A stretch of 64,000 bases of DNA from a virus. The translations under genes were made by a program, and so were the position numbers. How positions within the stretch are numbered: position 1 is the stretch's first letter; each line of letters begins with the position of its first letter. Shown here piece after piece: positions 1 to 7,469 of this stretch. The stretch is taken from the IMG/VR virus record IMGVR_UViG_3300030085_002462. One strand, 5' to 3'. A model generated the notes under the pieces. It saw nothing but the letters and a program-made list of their open reading frames with translations. It searched no databases and had not been told where the DNA came from.

Positions 1-839
1 TGAAACTATCTCTTGATGATACATATCTCATGAGTTGTATCGATGGGATGCAACTTATGGATGAGGAGAGTGTTGACTTAGTTGTCACCTCTCCTCCTTA
101 TGATGACTTGAGGACATACAATGATTCCAGTAAGTGGGATCATAATGTGTTTATGCAGGTTGCTGATAACCTCACCCGCGTATTGAAGCAGGGTGGGGTT
201 ATTATGTGGAATGTGAATGACGCTACGATTAAAGGTAGTGAGTCTGGATCCTCTTTCCGTCAGTGTCTATATTTCATGGATAAGTGTGGTCTACGACTAC
301 ACGATACTATGATATATGAGAAGACTGGCACAGCATTCGCGTCAGGTCCTAAGAGTGTGAGATATACTCAAATCTTTGAGTATTGTTTCATACTATCCAA
401 GGGTAAACCTAAGACTATTAATCTTATTCAAGATAAGAAGAATGCATGGGCAGGTTACACCAGTTTTGGCAATGCTAAGACTCGAAAGAAGGATGGCACA
501 ATGCATGATCCTAATCGAAAGAGTAATGTCATCCGTGAATATGGTGTAAGGACTAACATTTGGAAGATCAAAAACTCAGGTGGTTTTGGTCAATCATCCA
601 AAGCAAGTTACAAACATCCTGCCACAATGCCTGAGGAATTGGCAAGGGGTCACATTCAAACATGGTCAAATCCAAACGATTTAGTTTTAGATCCTTTTAT
701 GGGTGCTGGCACCACTGCACAGGTTGCACTTGAGGAGAAGAGACATTTTATTGGATTTGAGATTGATGAAATGTATCATGGCATGTGTGTTGAGCGTGTG
801 CTACCATTTAAGGACAATCTAATCACTCGTTTACAATGA
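1..839 (+). CDS. Site-specific DNA methyltransferase (N4-cytosine/N6-adenine, beta class); 5' end probably begins 1 nt before the window
   Basis: Catalytic VVTSPPY near the N-terminus, HPATMP, and SAM-binding DPFMGAGTT near the C-terminus (beta order). The frame is open to the window edge (TG AAA CTA...), so the true start is probably (M)KLSLDDTYL. Confidence 0.93.
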   Translation, partial: KLSLDDTYLMSCIDGMQLMDEESVDLVVTSPPYDDLRTYNDSSKWDHNVFMQVADNLTRVLKQGGVIMWNVNDATIKGSESGSSFRQCLYFMDKCGLRLHDTMIYEKTGTAFASGPKSVRYTQIFEYCFILSKGKPKTINLIQDKKNAWAGYTSFGNAKTRKKDGTMHDPNRKSNVIREYGVRTNIWKIKNSGGFGQSSKASYKHPATMPEELARGHIQTWSNPNDLVLDPFMGAGTTAQVALEEKRHFIGFEIDEMYHGMCVERVLPFKDNLITRLQ

Positions 840-1117
840 TTCACGAAGTGCCTGAGGGTTACTCACATTATAGTTGTGAGCAATTTAACAAAACATATGA
901 TCGTGTGTGGTTACATCACTCACGAGAATACATATATTCAGAGGGTGCAGAAGTCAAAACAGTATGGGGATTTATCAAGCGTAAAACTGGTGCAATTCAT
1001 TCACCAGTAAATGCTAAAAAGGTCGGTAAGATCATCGATCCCGATCAAACTACGCCCTACACTGCTATGCCACGCCCTAAAGTTAGTCCACTCATGCTAT
1101 TGTGTGATTATGATTAA
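836..1117 (+). CDS. Hypothetical phage protein (VWGFIKRKTGAIHSP motif; probable distant paralogue of 6520..6960)
   Basis: 93-aa ORF with an ATGA overlap with the methyltransferase stop. Confidence 0.75.
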   Translation: MIHEVPEGYSHYSCEQFNKTYDRVWLHHSREYIYSEGAEVKTVWGFIKRKTGAIHSPVNAKKVGKIIDPDQTTPYTAMPRPKVSPLMLLCDYD

Positions 1118-1367
1118 AGATCGTGCGATCGTGACCCCCAAGACCCCTAAGGCAAGGGAAATTCTAACAAATCACTTAAATAATAAGAGTGAGGTTAGAC
1201 TTGAGGCATATAAGATGCGATCAGGCATTAAAAGGTGCTTCGTCAGTGCTATCGACAACCCAGACTTTTGGTTTTGGGTAGATAAGGACTGGGATGAAGA
1301 CTGGGACATTTACATTATTAATGATGACAATACCAAGTTTCACACAGACATCGGACGCCCCATATGA
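1110..1367 (+). CDS. Hypothetical protein (MIKDRAIVTPKTPKAREIL...)
   Basis: The ATG at 1110 overlaps the previous stop. The track's upstream extension (1011) lies inside the previous gene. Confidence 0.7.
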   Translation: MIKDRAIVTPKTPKAREILTNHLNNKSEVRLEAYKMRSGIKRCFVSAIDNPDFWFWVDKDWDEDWDIYIINDDNTKFHTDIGRPI

Positions 1368-1527
1368 CCGTCACTGGTATAAAGTATGGTGCACTGATAA
1401 CTCAGTTAAAATACTACACTCCTATCAAGAAGTGCAAGAAGTGTGGTGGAATTTTAAGCACTTCTTATCACATGTAGAGGTCATCGATGCCAAACGAAAC
1501 AAACAATCAGGATCAGGATTCGGGTGA
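1321..1527 (+). CDS. Hypothetical cyanophage protein (FTQTSDAPYDRH...KGFG-type ending)
   Basis: ORF 1294..1527, with a more plausible start at ATG 1321; fits tight operon packing. Confidence 0.7.
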   Translation: MMTIPSFTQTSDAPYDRHWYKVWCTDNSVKILHSYQEVQEVWWNFKHFLSHVEVIDAKRNKQSGSGFG

Positions 1528-1699
1528 TGGGTTGTCCATCACTGTTGACGATAATGGCAATGTTAGTATAGAATGGGATCACAATGACCCTAGATGGTCA
1601 ATGTTTAATGGATGGAAGTCAGAAGACTTTCTTCAATTAATTAGTGACGGAATTACCAAATACGATTTAAGACACGAATTGAATCATGATGACATCTAA
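1487..1699 (+). CDS. Hypothetical acidic protein
   Basis: 70-aa ORF overlapping both neighbours. Confidence 0.65.
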   Translation: MPNETNNQDQDSGDGLSITVDDNGNVSIEWDHNDPRWSMFNGWKSEDFLQLISDGITKYDLRHELNHDDI

Positions 1700-1958
1700 C
1701 GCTATTAGCGATTTTAATATCAATAATGACCAAACTGGCACTATTGAGAAACACCACGAAAATTTGAAAACATGCAAATCTGCATTTTGTGATATTCTTT
1801 ATGAATTCCTTGATGAAGGTGTGCTAACTCCTGGAGAAACTGTTTCATGCTTCCGTGATGCATTGCAAATGATTGTGGATAATCATCAACAGTCATTGAA
1901 TAACAGTAAAGCAGCACTGGAATTGATCTCTCAAATTAGTAAGAATGAAGATCAATGA
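1686..1958 (+). CDS. Hypothetical protein
   Basis: 90-aa helical ORF within the operon. Confidence 0.7.
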   Translation: MMTSNAISDFNINNDQTGTIEKHHENLKTCKSAFCDILYEFLDEGVLTPGETVSCFRDALQMIVDNHQQSLNNSKAALELISQISKNEDQ

Positions 1959-2181
1959 TGGTGAAGAAGGGAAGAAAGCATCTAAAGAATTGAATGATGC
2001 AATGTGGTCAATAAGGAAATTATATGACCCAGAGAATATCAATTCACTCGAAGATTCACTAGATGACACACTCTCAAAATTCAACAAACTATCAGAAACC
2101 CTGCGAAGATCCGCTGAAGTGTCAGGACTGGCAAAACGCAAACTTAAAAATCCTAGACAGAGTGATGGCAAATTATTCTAA
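1945..2181 (+). CDS. Hypothetical protein
   Basis: 78-aa ORF ending just before an early promoter element. Confidence 0.65.
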   Translation: MKINDGEEGKKASKELNDAMWSIRKLYDPENINSLEDSLDDTLSKFNKLSETLRRSAEVSGLAKRKLKNPRQSDGKLF

Positions 2182-2185
2182 TGAT

Positions 2186-2243
2186 ATGCCAGTGGCAGAA
2201 GTGCACACTGAAGAGAGCGGATCTGCCCCTTAGTGCCTATTAT
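2186..2243 (+). promoter_or_regulatory. Early two-box promoter element, copy 1
   Basis: ATGCCAG-N8-GTGCACAC, then -10 TATTAT at 2238 (37 nt after the start of box 2). Confidence 0.75.
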
Positions 2244-2288
2244 AGGTGCATAGCAAACAACCCAGTGACTTTTCCAATTCTCTCTCGA

Positions 2289-2456
2289 ATGATTCACTCA
2301 AAGAAAACTATCATTGACATCATGAAAACATGTGACAATACTGATATGTTGTCACGAGAAGAGAAGTTTGAAGTATTCTGCAAAGTATGTGATAACATGC
2401 TAAACGAAGGTAGAATCACTAAAGTAAATCACACTCGCTGGACTACTATTTTTTGA
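2289..2456 (+). CDS. Hypothetical protein (MIHSKKTIIDIMK...)
   Basis: Start reassigned to ATG 2289 because the track's start (2181) runs through the promoter. Confidence 0.7.
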   Translation: MIHSKKTIIDIMKTCDNTDMLSREEKFEVFCKVCDNMLNEGRITKVNHTRWTTIF

Positions 2457-2458
2457 TT

Positions 2459-2587
2459 ATGAGCACACTACACCACGAATCTATTCTTGAAACCATCTAT
2501 GATGAAATTTGTGAAGAATTTCCCGAATTGAATGATGATGCCAAATTTGAATTAACACGTCAACGTTTTGAGGATCAGTGTCAATGA
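2459..2587 (+). CDS. Small acidic hypothetical protein (MSTLHHESILETIYDE...RFEDQCQ, 42 aa)
   Basis: Translated by hand; fills the gap exactly, with an ATGA overlap to the next ORF. Confidence 0.75.
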   Translation: MSTLHHESILETIYDEICEEFPELNDDAKFELTRQRFEDQCQ

Positions 2588-2724
2588 GAATCGCACTTGC
2601 TTTTATTGTTGTAATTCTTGGCGCTAACATCGGTTTATCTGTTGTTAACAAATTTCAAGAGATCCAAGACGCTAAAATGGAGCGTCTTTGCAACATTGAT
2701 GAATCTTACTGCACACCACAATGA
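2584..2724 (+). CDS. Small membrane-anchored protein (MRIALAFIVVILGANIGLSVV..., 46 aa)
   Basis: Translated by hand; hydrophobic N-terminus; ATGA overlaps on both sides. Confidence 0.7.
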   Translation: MRIALAFIVVILGANIGLSVVNKFQEIQDAKMERLCNIDESYCTPQ

Positions 2725-2960
2725 CATACGAAGAAAATCGTAAACAATCACTCGATGAAGTAATTCAAGAGTATATTGAAGACGAAAAATGTGGTCCAGA
2801 TCTTTTAGTTAAAGATATTTTGGACACACTAACAACAATCCGTGAGTATCATGAAACACAGGCACGAAAGTGTGATGTAGTTTACATGAAACTTAATGGT
2901 ATCCTGAGGGGTTTCGGGACAGTCGCGGAAGTGCCCACTAACGCCCCCAAAGCACCCTGA
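2721..2960 (+). CDS. Hypothetical protein
   Basis: 79-aa ORF whose C-terminus reads through early element copy 2. Confidence 0.7.
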   Translation: MTYEENRKQSLDEVIQEYIEDEKCGPDLLVKDILDTLTTIREYHETQARKCDVVYMKLNGILRGFGTVAEVPTNAPKAP

Positions 2961-2975
2961 TCGATGCCATACTAT
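2916..2975 (+). promoter_or_regulatory. Early two-box promoter element, copy 2
   Basis: GGGACAG-N8-GTGCCCAC, then -10 TACTAT at 2970 (or CATACT at 2968). Confidence 0.75.
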
Positions 2976-3001
2976 AAAAGTCAAAACAAACGAGGCATTT
3001 C

Positions 3002-3253
3002 ATGCAACTCACTTCCAAAGGTGCAAACATGGTTGTTGATTTCTATCCTGTTAAGTTCGCAGATGGTGAAATCAGCACTCGTTACATTTTGAAGACTGTT
3101 ACATTCATGGGCAAATCTCAATCCAAGCGTTATATCTTAACGAAAGATTTCCGTCGTGAAGTATACTCCCGTGTGGAGGGTTATGGTTACGAAGTGACCG
3201 ATTTTCACACTTATCCTCAACTCTTCAACTCTGCAATGTCTCTTGCCTGCTGA
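3002..3253 (+). CDS. Hypothetical early protein (MQLTSKGANMVVDFYP...)
   Basis: 83-aa ORF directly downstream of the promoter, preceded by GAGG. Confidence 0.8.
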   Translation: MQLTSKGANMVVDFYPVKFADGEISTRYILKTVTFMGKSQSKRYILTKDFRREVYSRVEGYGYEVTDFHTYPQLFNSAMSLAC

Positions 3254-3336
3254 TGTCAACTGAATTCAGTCTCGCTATCACTGGCATTTTATTTGTTGGT
3301 GGTATTATTTTATTCTTCAAAGCAGTTTATCGATGA
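3253..3336 (+). CDS. 27-aa single-TM microprotein (MSTEFSLAITGILFVGGIILFFKAVYR)
   Basis: Translated by hand; TGATG and ATGA overlaps with its neighbours. Confidence 0.6.
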   Translation: MSTEFSLAITGILFVGGIILFFKAVYR

Positions 3337-3461
3337 CACCTGACACTTTCAACTTCACTGGTGATGCAATCACGGTTATTGGATTTATTGGTGTTGCATC
3401 AACTGGAATTATTCTATTCACAGCATTCACACGTTATTTCAATTCACCATTGAGGAAGTAA
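3333..3461 (+). CDS. 42-aa single-TM microprotein (MTPDTFNFTGDAITVIGFIG...RYFNSPLRK)
   Basis: Translated by hand; fills the gap to the next ATG at 3464. Confidence 0.7.
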   Translation: MTPDTFNFTGDAITVIGFIGVASTGIILFTAFTRYFNSPLRK

Positions 3462-3463
3462 AA

Positions 3464-3757
3464 ATGTCATTTTCTCAGGAAGATTCAAAGAAAATCGCAA
3501 ATGCATATTGCGATTATCAAATAGAGCACATGGATTACGACCAATTATCCCATCTTGCTAAAGACCTATTAATGCAAACTTATTCACATTTAGACTACGA
3601 AGAAATTACAGCAGAGATACAAGATCTCTACGATGATGAAGTGTTAGAAACTGTAGTCGAGAATGCGAGGATCTCACGGTCTCCAGTGAAAGATTTTTAT
3701 GAAGAAGTGCTAGACTTTTATCGTAATCCACTTAATCACACTTTCGCCCAAAACTAA
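3464..3757 (+). CDS. Hypothetical acidic protein
   Basis: 97-aa ORF within the operon. Confidence 0.75.
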   Translation: MSFSQEDSKKIANAYCDYQIEHMDYDQLSHLAKDLLMQTYSHLDYEEITAEIQDLYDDEVLETVVENARISRSPVKDFYEEVLDFYRNPLNHTFAQN

Positions 3758-3954
3758 TGCCTAACTACGAAACATCCGATCAACAACACTCGATTGACAA
3801 CATGAGTGACACTTTGATGATCGCATTGCAACGGAATGCTGATAACAGTAATTTCCAGGAAATGAAAGCAATTTATGAAGAGTGGGTTGTTGATGGTCGT
3901 GATCCCGAAGATGGCAGTTACCAGTTTATTTTTGTCCCTAATCTGACCTTATAA
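3757..3954 (+). CDS. Hypothetical protein (YEEWVVDGRDPEDG motif)
   Basis: 65-aa ORF with a TAATG overlap. Confidence 0.75.
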   Translation: MPNYETSDQQHSIDNMSDTLMIALQRNADNSNFQEMKAIYEEWVVDGRDPEDGSYQFIFVPNLTL

Positions 3955-3955
3955 A

Positions 3956-4150
3956 ATGAAAGGCATGTCCAAACAAGAGAGAATTCTACTTGCTATTAAA
4001 CAAGTTGAAAATGTGACCGAATTGTGTGAAAGTTTGGACTATACCTATTACTTAACTCAAAGTTGCACATTGAGACAACTCCCTTATGAATTGCAGAGAC
4101 AATTAAGTCTTCTACAATCACATGAAGATGACACCATATTTGATCGCTAA
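3956..4150 (+). CDS. Hypothetical protein
   Basis: 64-aa ORF ending before element copy 3. Confidence 0.7.
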   Translation: MKGMSKQERILLAIKQVENVTELCESLDYTYYLTQSCTLRQLPYELQRQLSLLQSHEDDTIFDR

Positions 4151-4164
4151 AGTAAAGAGAATTT

Positions 4165-4222
4165 ATGACAGTATACAAACCGCCACACGACAGGTCGCCA
4201 AGGACCCGCTGTGCTCTACAAT
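4165..4222 (+). promoter_or_regulatory. Early two-box promoter element, copy 3
   Basis: ATGACAG-N8-CCGCCAC, then -10 TACAAT at 4217 (37 nt). Confidence 0.7.
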
Positions 4223-4228
4223 GGAGGC

Positions 4229-4432
4229 ATGACAAACGAAACCAACATGATTCACAAAAACGAAGCATTCCTGAGTGCACTCCAAGGACTTCAATCATTC
4301 GTCCTTGATACAAACGCCGATATTGATATGGCATACGATTGGGTTGCTGATCAGTCAGGAATTGCTTCTTTCGTGCATCAAAACCAAGCATGGGATATGT
4401 TTTACGATGCATGGGAGAATGCAAATGTTTGA
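4229..4432 (+). CDS. Hypothetical early protein (MTNETNMIHKNEAF...), possibly leaderless
   Basis: The ATG sits 7 nt after the -10 hexamer. The track's GTG start (4211) lies inside the promoter. Confidence 0.75.
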   Translation: MTNETNMIHKNEAFLSALQGLQSFVLDTNADIDMAYDWVADQSGIASFVHQNQAWDMFYDAWENANV

Positions 4433-4661
4433 TATTTTTGAAGATCTCAACAATCAACTAAACTCCCTGACTATCTACAAACCAAAAATGACAAATCCAT
4501 ACGTTGAAAATCTTGTTGAAATGGGTTACGATCGTGCAGATTGTGAAACCGTAGCAACAGCGGGAATCGAAAAGAAATTTCCCCTAAACATTCACGGTCG
4601 TGTTTATAATACTCAAGAAGAGTATAACGAAGCACTTCACGATTTCATCAACGGACTTTAA
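4425..4661 (+). CDS. Hypothetical protein (alternative start 4488, MTNPYVENL)
   Basis: Coding part of ORF 4275..4661; start reassigned. Confidence 0.7.
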   Translation: MFDIFEDLNNQLNSLTIYKPKMTNPYVENLVEMGYDRADCETVATAGIEKKFPLNIHGRVYNTQEEYNEALHDFINGL

Positions 4662-4667
4662 TCAATC

Positions 4668-4994
4668 ATGACTATTTTCATCGAGCGCGGTATCCGCCAC
4701 AACGACAAATCTATCTACGTTGAAGACATTTTTGTGGAGCAAGATTCTGTTTGGAAGAATGAGCGCAGACTCGCCGCATTTACTATTACTGAAGATGTGA
4801 GTGGTCCGCACGTTGGTGACTTTAATGCGCGTCGGTATCGTGTTAATCAGCGCACACAATTAGACAACGGCGTCTACATCTATCCTAAGATCTACGGCGC
4901 GGAAACTGTTAGCGAGTGCAAGGAATTTATCGAGGGTTATATTAACGAAGATATCACCCAGCGAATCATGAAAACGGATCAAGCAACCAGTTGA
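4668..4994 (+). CDS. Hypothetical protein
   Basis: 108-aa ORF whose stop lies inside element copy 4. Confidence 0.75.
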   Translation: MTIFIERGIRHNDKSIYVEDIFVEQDSVWKNERRLAAFTITEDVSGPHVGDFNARRYRVNQRTQLDNGVYIYPKIYGAETVSECKEFIEGYINEDITQRIMKTDQATS

Positions 4995-5041
4995 CTAAGT
5001 GTCACACAGGTTGTAGGCACCGCCCCTCCATGCTCTATAAT
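4984..5041 (+). promoter_or_regulatory. Early two-box promoter element, copy 4
   Basis: CAACCAG-N8-GTGTCAC, then -10 TATAAT at 5036 (37 nt), followed by a GGGGGA-N6-TCCCCC hairpin at 5052-5069. Confidence 0.8.
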
Positions 5042-5089
5042 AAAGACATCAGGGGGAGAGAGATCCCCCACAATCACTAAATTCCAAAC

Positions 5090-5401
5090 ATGCGTAAAAT
5101 CGAAGCACAAATGAATCAGGCAATCCGCCAGCGTCGTAACTGGAGCAATGCCAACACTTCTGTTGTAGTTGATGACAACAACAACGCCGAAGTTTATCTT
5201 CACGGCAATCACATTGCAACGATTGGTGATGAGATTCAACTCTTTGATGGTGGTTGGCAGTCTAACACCACTAAGTCACGTTTGAATGCTATTTGTTACG
5301 AATTCGCTTATGGTTGTGGTGTTTTTCAAAAGCAATTTGAGTGGTTTGTTAACACAAACAACGGCACAGTTGATTTCGTTAACGGCATCGCAGTATCATG
5401 A
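5090..5401 (+). CDS. Conserved cyanophage hypothetical protein (MRKIEAQM...LHGNHIA...DGGWQSNTTKSRLNA)
   Basis: 103-aa ORF with motifs I recognise from T4-like cyanophage early proteins. Confidence 0.85.
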   Translation: MRKIEAQMNQAIRQRRNWSNANTSVVVDDNNNAEVYLHGNHIATIGDEIQLFDGGWQSNTTKSRLNAICYEFAYGCGVFQKQFEWFVNTNNGTVDFVNGIAVS

Positions 5402-5580
5402 GTTGCCAATTAGATTTTCTCACCGATGTTTACACTGACTGGTGTAACAAAGAAGGGTTAGAATTGATCTCCGCTGATGATCAACTCTACTGCGCTGATG
5501 GTCCTGATCTCACACTACGTCAGCGCGTTTGGTTATCCAACTTCATTGAAGTTTGGGATGTAGTTAACCAAAACACATAA
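5398..5580 (+). CDS. Hypothetical protein
   Basis: 60-aa ORF with an ATGA overlap. Confidence 0.75.
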   Translation: MSCQLDFLTDVYTDWCNKEGLELISADDQLYCADGPDLTLRQRVWLSNFIEVWDVVNQNT

Positions 5581-5643
5581 AAAGCGGGTTTATATAATTG
5601 TATCTCCAACCGCGAGATCTCCCCGCTCTCACTATCACAAACA

Positions 5644-5778
5644 ATGCGCATTTTTCTTCTTGCTCTTCTCGCGATTCTTTGCTATAATAGCAACGACGCG
5701 AGATTTTTCATTTCAGATCAATTACACAATGCCGCTGAGATTGTCCGCCCTGATCCACAACTTCGCATCAACTATTAA
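5644..5778 (+). CDS. 44-aa protein with a hydrophobic N-terminus (MRIFLLALLAILCYNSNDARFFISDQL...)
   Basis: Translated by hand; A/C-rich leader. Confidence 0.65.
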   Translation: MRIFLLALLAILCYNSNDARFFISDQLHNAAEIVRPDPQLRINY

Positions 5779-5807
5779 TATAGATACTTTACAATTTCCC
5801 CATTAAC

Positions 5808-6440
5808 ATGACTGACAAATTAAGTGACAAACTAGAGAAGAAAATCACCCAAGAAACTTATGGGTTGTTTCCTACTGGTGTCACTCGTTATCAACTTGAT
5901 AATAGTGAAGAATTAAAGAAAAAAGTCTTATTGTGGATGAAAGACCAGGAAATCGTTGATGATCATGGTCGCCGTATGTTATGCCACAATATTACACAAG
6001 TAGGAGAGAAAAATAAGATCCTTGATGATATCCCAGAGTTAGAGCAGGCACTCATGAAAGCAGTGGGATTTCACAACAAAAATACTTTCAACTATAGTTG
6101 CAATTTAGCAATTAATGAAGCATACGTTGAATTAGCAACAGAGGGAGCACTTTACGCCCCTCATGAGCATTCAAATTGCCTTTATTCTCTCACTTACTTC
6201 ATTAACTACAATCATGAAAATCATGGATTTTTGAAATTTAGGCGTAATGTCTTGTCTTCAATGTATCCTGTTATGCAGGTGAATTCTAATCAACTCACCC
6301 CATACAATATGCCTGAAGCAACATTCACAATGCGCGAAGGTGATGTTGTAATTTATCCCTCAAATGTTACTCACGGTTATGACTCTAACCAGACTGATGA
6401 GCGTATCACATTAACTGCAAATATCATACCAGTTGAGTGA
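5808..6440 (+). CDS. 2OG-Fe(II) oxygenase superfamily protein (TIGR02466-like)
   Basis: PHEHSNCLYSLTYF (HxH iron ligands), EGDVVIYPSNVTHG (distal His) and RITLTAN (2OG-binding Arg). Confidence 0.88.
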   Translation: MTDKLSDKLEKKITQETYGLFPTGVTRYQLDNSEELKKKVLLWMKDQEIVDDHGRRMLCHNITQVGEKNKILDDIPELEQALMKAVGFHNKNTFNYSCNLAINEAYVELATEGALYAPHEHSNCLYSLTYFINYNHENHGFLKFRRNVLSSMYPVMQVNSNQLTPYNMPEATFTMREGDVVIYPSNVTHGYDSNQTDERITLTANIIPVE

Positions 6441-6494
6441 CACTTTTATTAGTGTCACCTAAGTATGTGCTACCGTGTTTTTTTCCACTATAAT
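6437..6494 (+). promoter_or_regulatory. Early two-box promoter element, copy 5 (perfect inverted repeat)
   Basis: GTGACAC-N8-GTGTCAC (6437-6458), then -10 TATAAT at 6489 (37 nt). Confidence 0.85.
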
Positions 6495-6519
6495 AAGTGT
6501 ATAAGAAACAAACAAACAA

Positions 6520-6960
6520 ATGACTCTTTCAAATCCAACAGTTGAAGCAAACGTCCCAACATGGGCACAAAAGTATTGTGACGCTCTAGAAGCAAATTAC
6601 AAGAATTATCACATTGATTCAATGAAGAGAATGGCATCCCGCCCAGACTCATCAACTTACGCAAATGAGCAACTTGAAAAGATTGAATCAGGTGAAGCAA
6701 AGTTAATGAAATTCAGAGCAAATCCTGGAAAGAAGTATTTCAAGATTATTCAACAGGAAGCAAGAAACGAAGCGGGTGAATATCGCGATCAGTCAGTTGT
6801 TGCTTTCATCGATAAAAAGACAGGTGAAATATACAAACCAGCAGGATGGAAGGGACCAGCGAAGCACGTCAGATTTGACATGAGAATCATCAAAGATCGC
6901 GAATTTGTCCATAACGCTAATAACGTAGATTGGGCAGGTGGTCATCTCTACATGATCTAA
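6520..6960 (+). CDS. Conserved hypothetical early protein (KYFKII...VVAFIDKKTGEIYKPAGWKGPAKHVRF)
   Basis: 146-aa ORF downstream of the promoter; widespread phage motif. Confidence 0.85.
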   Translation: MTLSNPTVEANVPTWAQKYCDALEANYKNYHIDSMKRMASRPDSSTYANEQLEKIESGEAKLMKFRANPGKKYFKIIQQEARNEAGEYRDQSVVAFIDKKTGEIYKPAGWKGPAKHVRFDMRIIKDREFVHNANNVDWAGGHLYMI

Positions 6961-7017
6961 ACCAATACAATAAGTGGCACATCATAACATTGTGCCACAC
7001 ATATTTTCCCTTATAAT
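6959..7017 (+). promoter_or_regulatory. Early two-box promoter element, copy 6
   Basis: AAACCAA-N8-GTGGCAC, then -10 TATAAT at 7012 (38 nt); extra inverted repeat GTGGCACA...TGTGCCAC at 6974-6998. Confidence 0.75.
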
Positions 7018-7043
7018 AGTATTAACAACACCAAAGAAACACA

Positions 7044-7310
7044 ATGGCAAACTTCTCTGAATTCCTTGATTATTGCGAATCATTCTATAACCCTAAGCAC
7101 CCTGATGTGTTATATCCAATAGAAGGATTAACTAGGGGAGAATTAGCACTTGCCACACTTGAATATCTAGATTCATGTAACGATGAAATTACATGGGGTG
7201 GAGGTGATAGTCTAGACAGAGAAAGAGTAAGGGATACGGTATTAGAAATTAGGGAATTAAATGACCTAGTAAATGATGCTACCGAAGCATTAATGAATGA
7301 AGTCAGGTAA
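7044..7310 (+). CDS. Hypothetical early protein (GDSLDRERVRD motif)
   Basis: 88-aa ORF downstream of the promoter. Confidence 0.8.
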   Translation: MANFSEFLDYCESFYNPKHPDVLYPIEGLTRGELALATLEYLDSCNDEITWGGGDSLDRERVRDTVLEIRELNDLVNDATEALMNEVR

Positions 7311-7432
7311 CAACCAAACCATACAGTTTTCCACAGATTTTTGATATTTTGTGGAAAACTAAAAATGGTTAAAAAAATATACTAGAGAGAAATATATCTC
7401 TAGTTAAATGTCTCTAGGTGTAGTCATCTAAG

Positions 7433-7461
7433 AGCGTAACGCAACGAGATTTTTTTGTCAA
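7433..7461 (-). promoter_or_regulatory. Leftward sigma70-type promoter with no associated ORF
   Basis: Minus strand reads TTGACA (7461-7456), N17, TACGCT (7438-7433). Confidence 0.5.
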
Positions 7462-7469
7462 GTATACAC

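Noticed and set aside
2181-2288. N-terminal extensions in the ORF track (2181, 4211, 4275, 1011, 51560)
   Set aside because: They run through promoters or upstream genes, and downstream ATGs fit better.
3253-3461. Assigning the TM microproteins to petM, petL or psb subunits
   Set aside because: Only generic hydrophobic similarity; no diagnostic residues recognised.
5679-5693. Palindrome TTGCTAT-A-ATAGCAA as an operator
   Set aside because: It is a single copy inside a small ORF with no supporting repeats; kept only as a possible -10 region.
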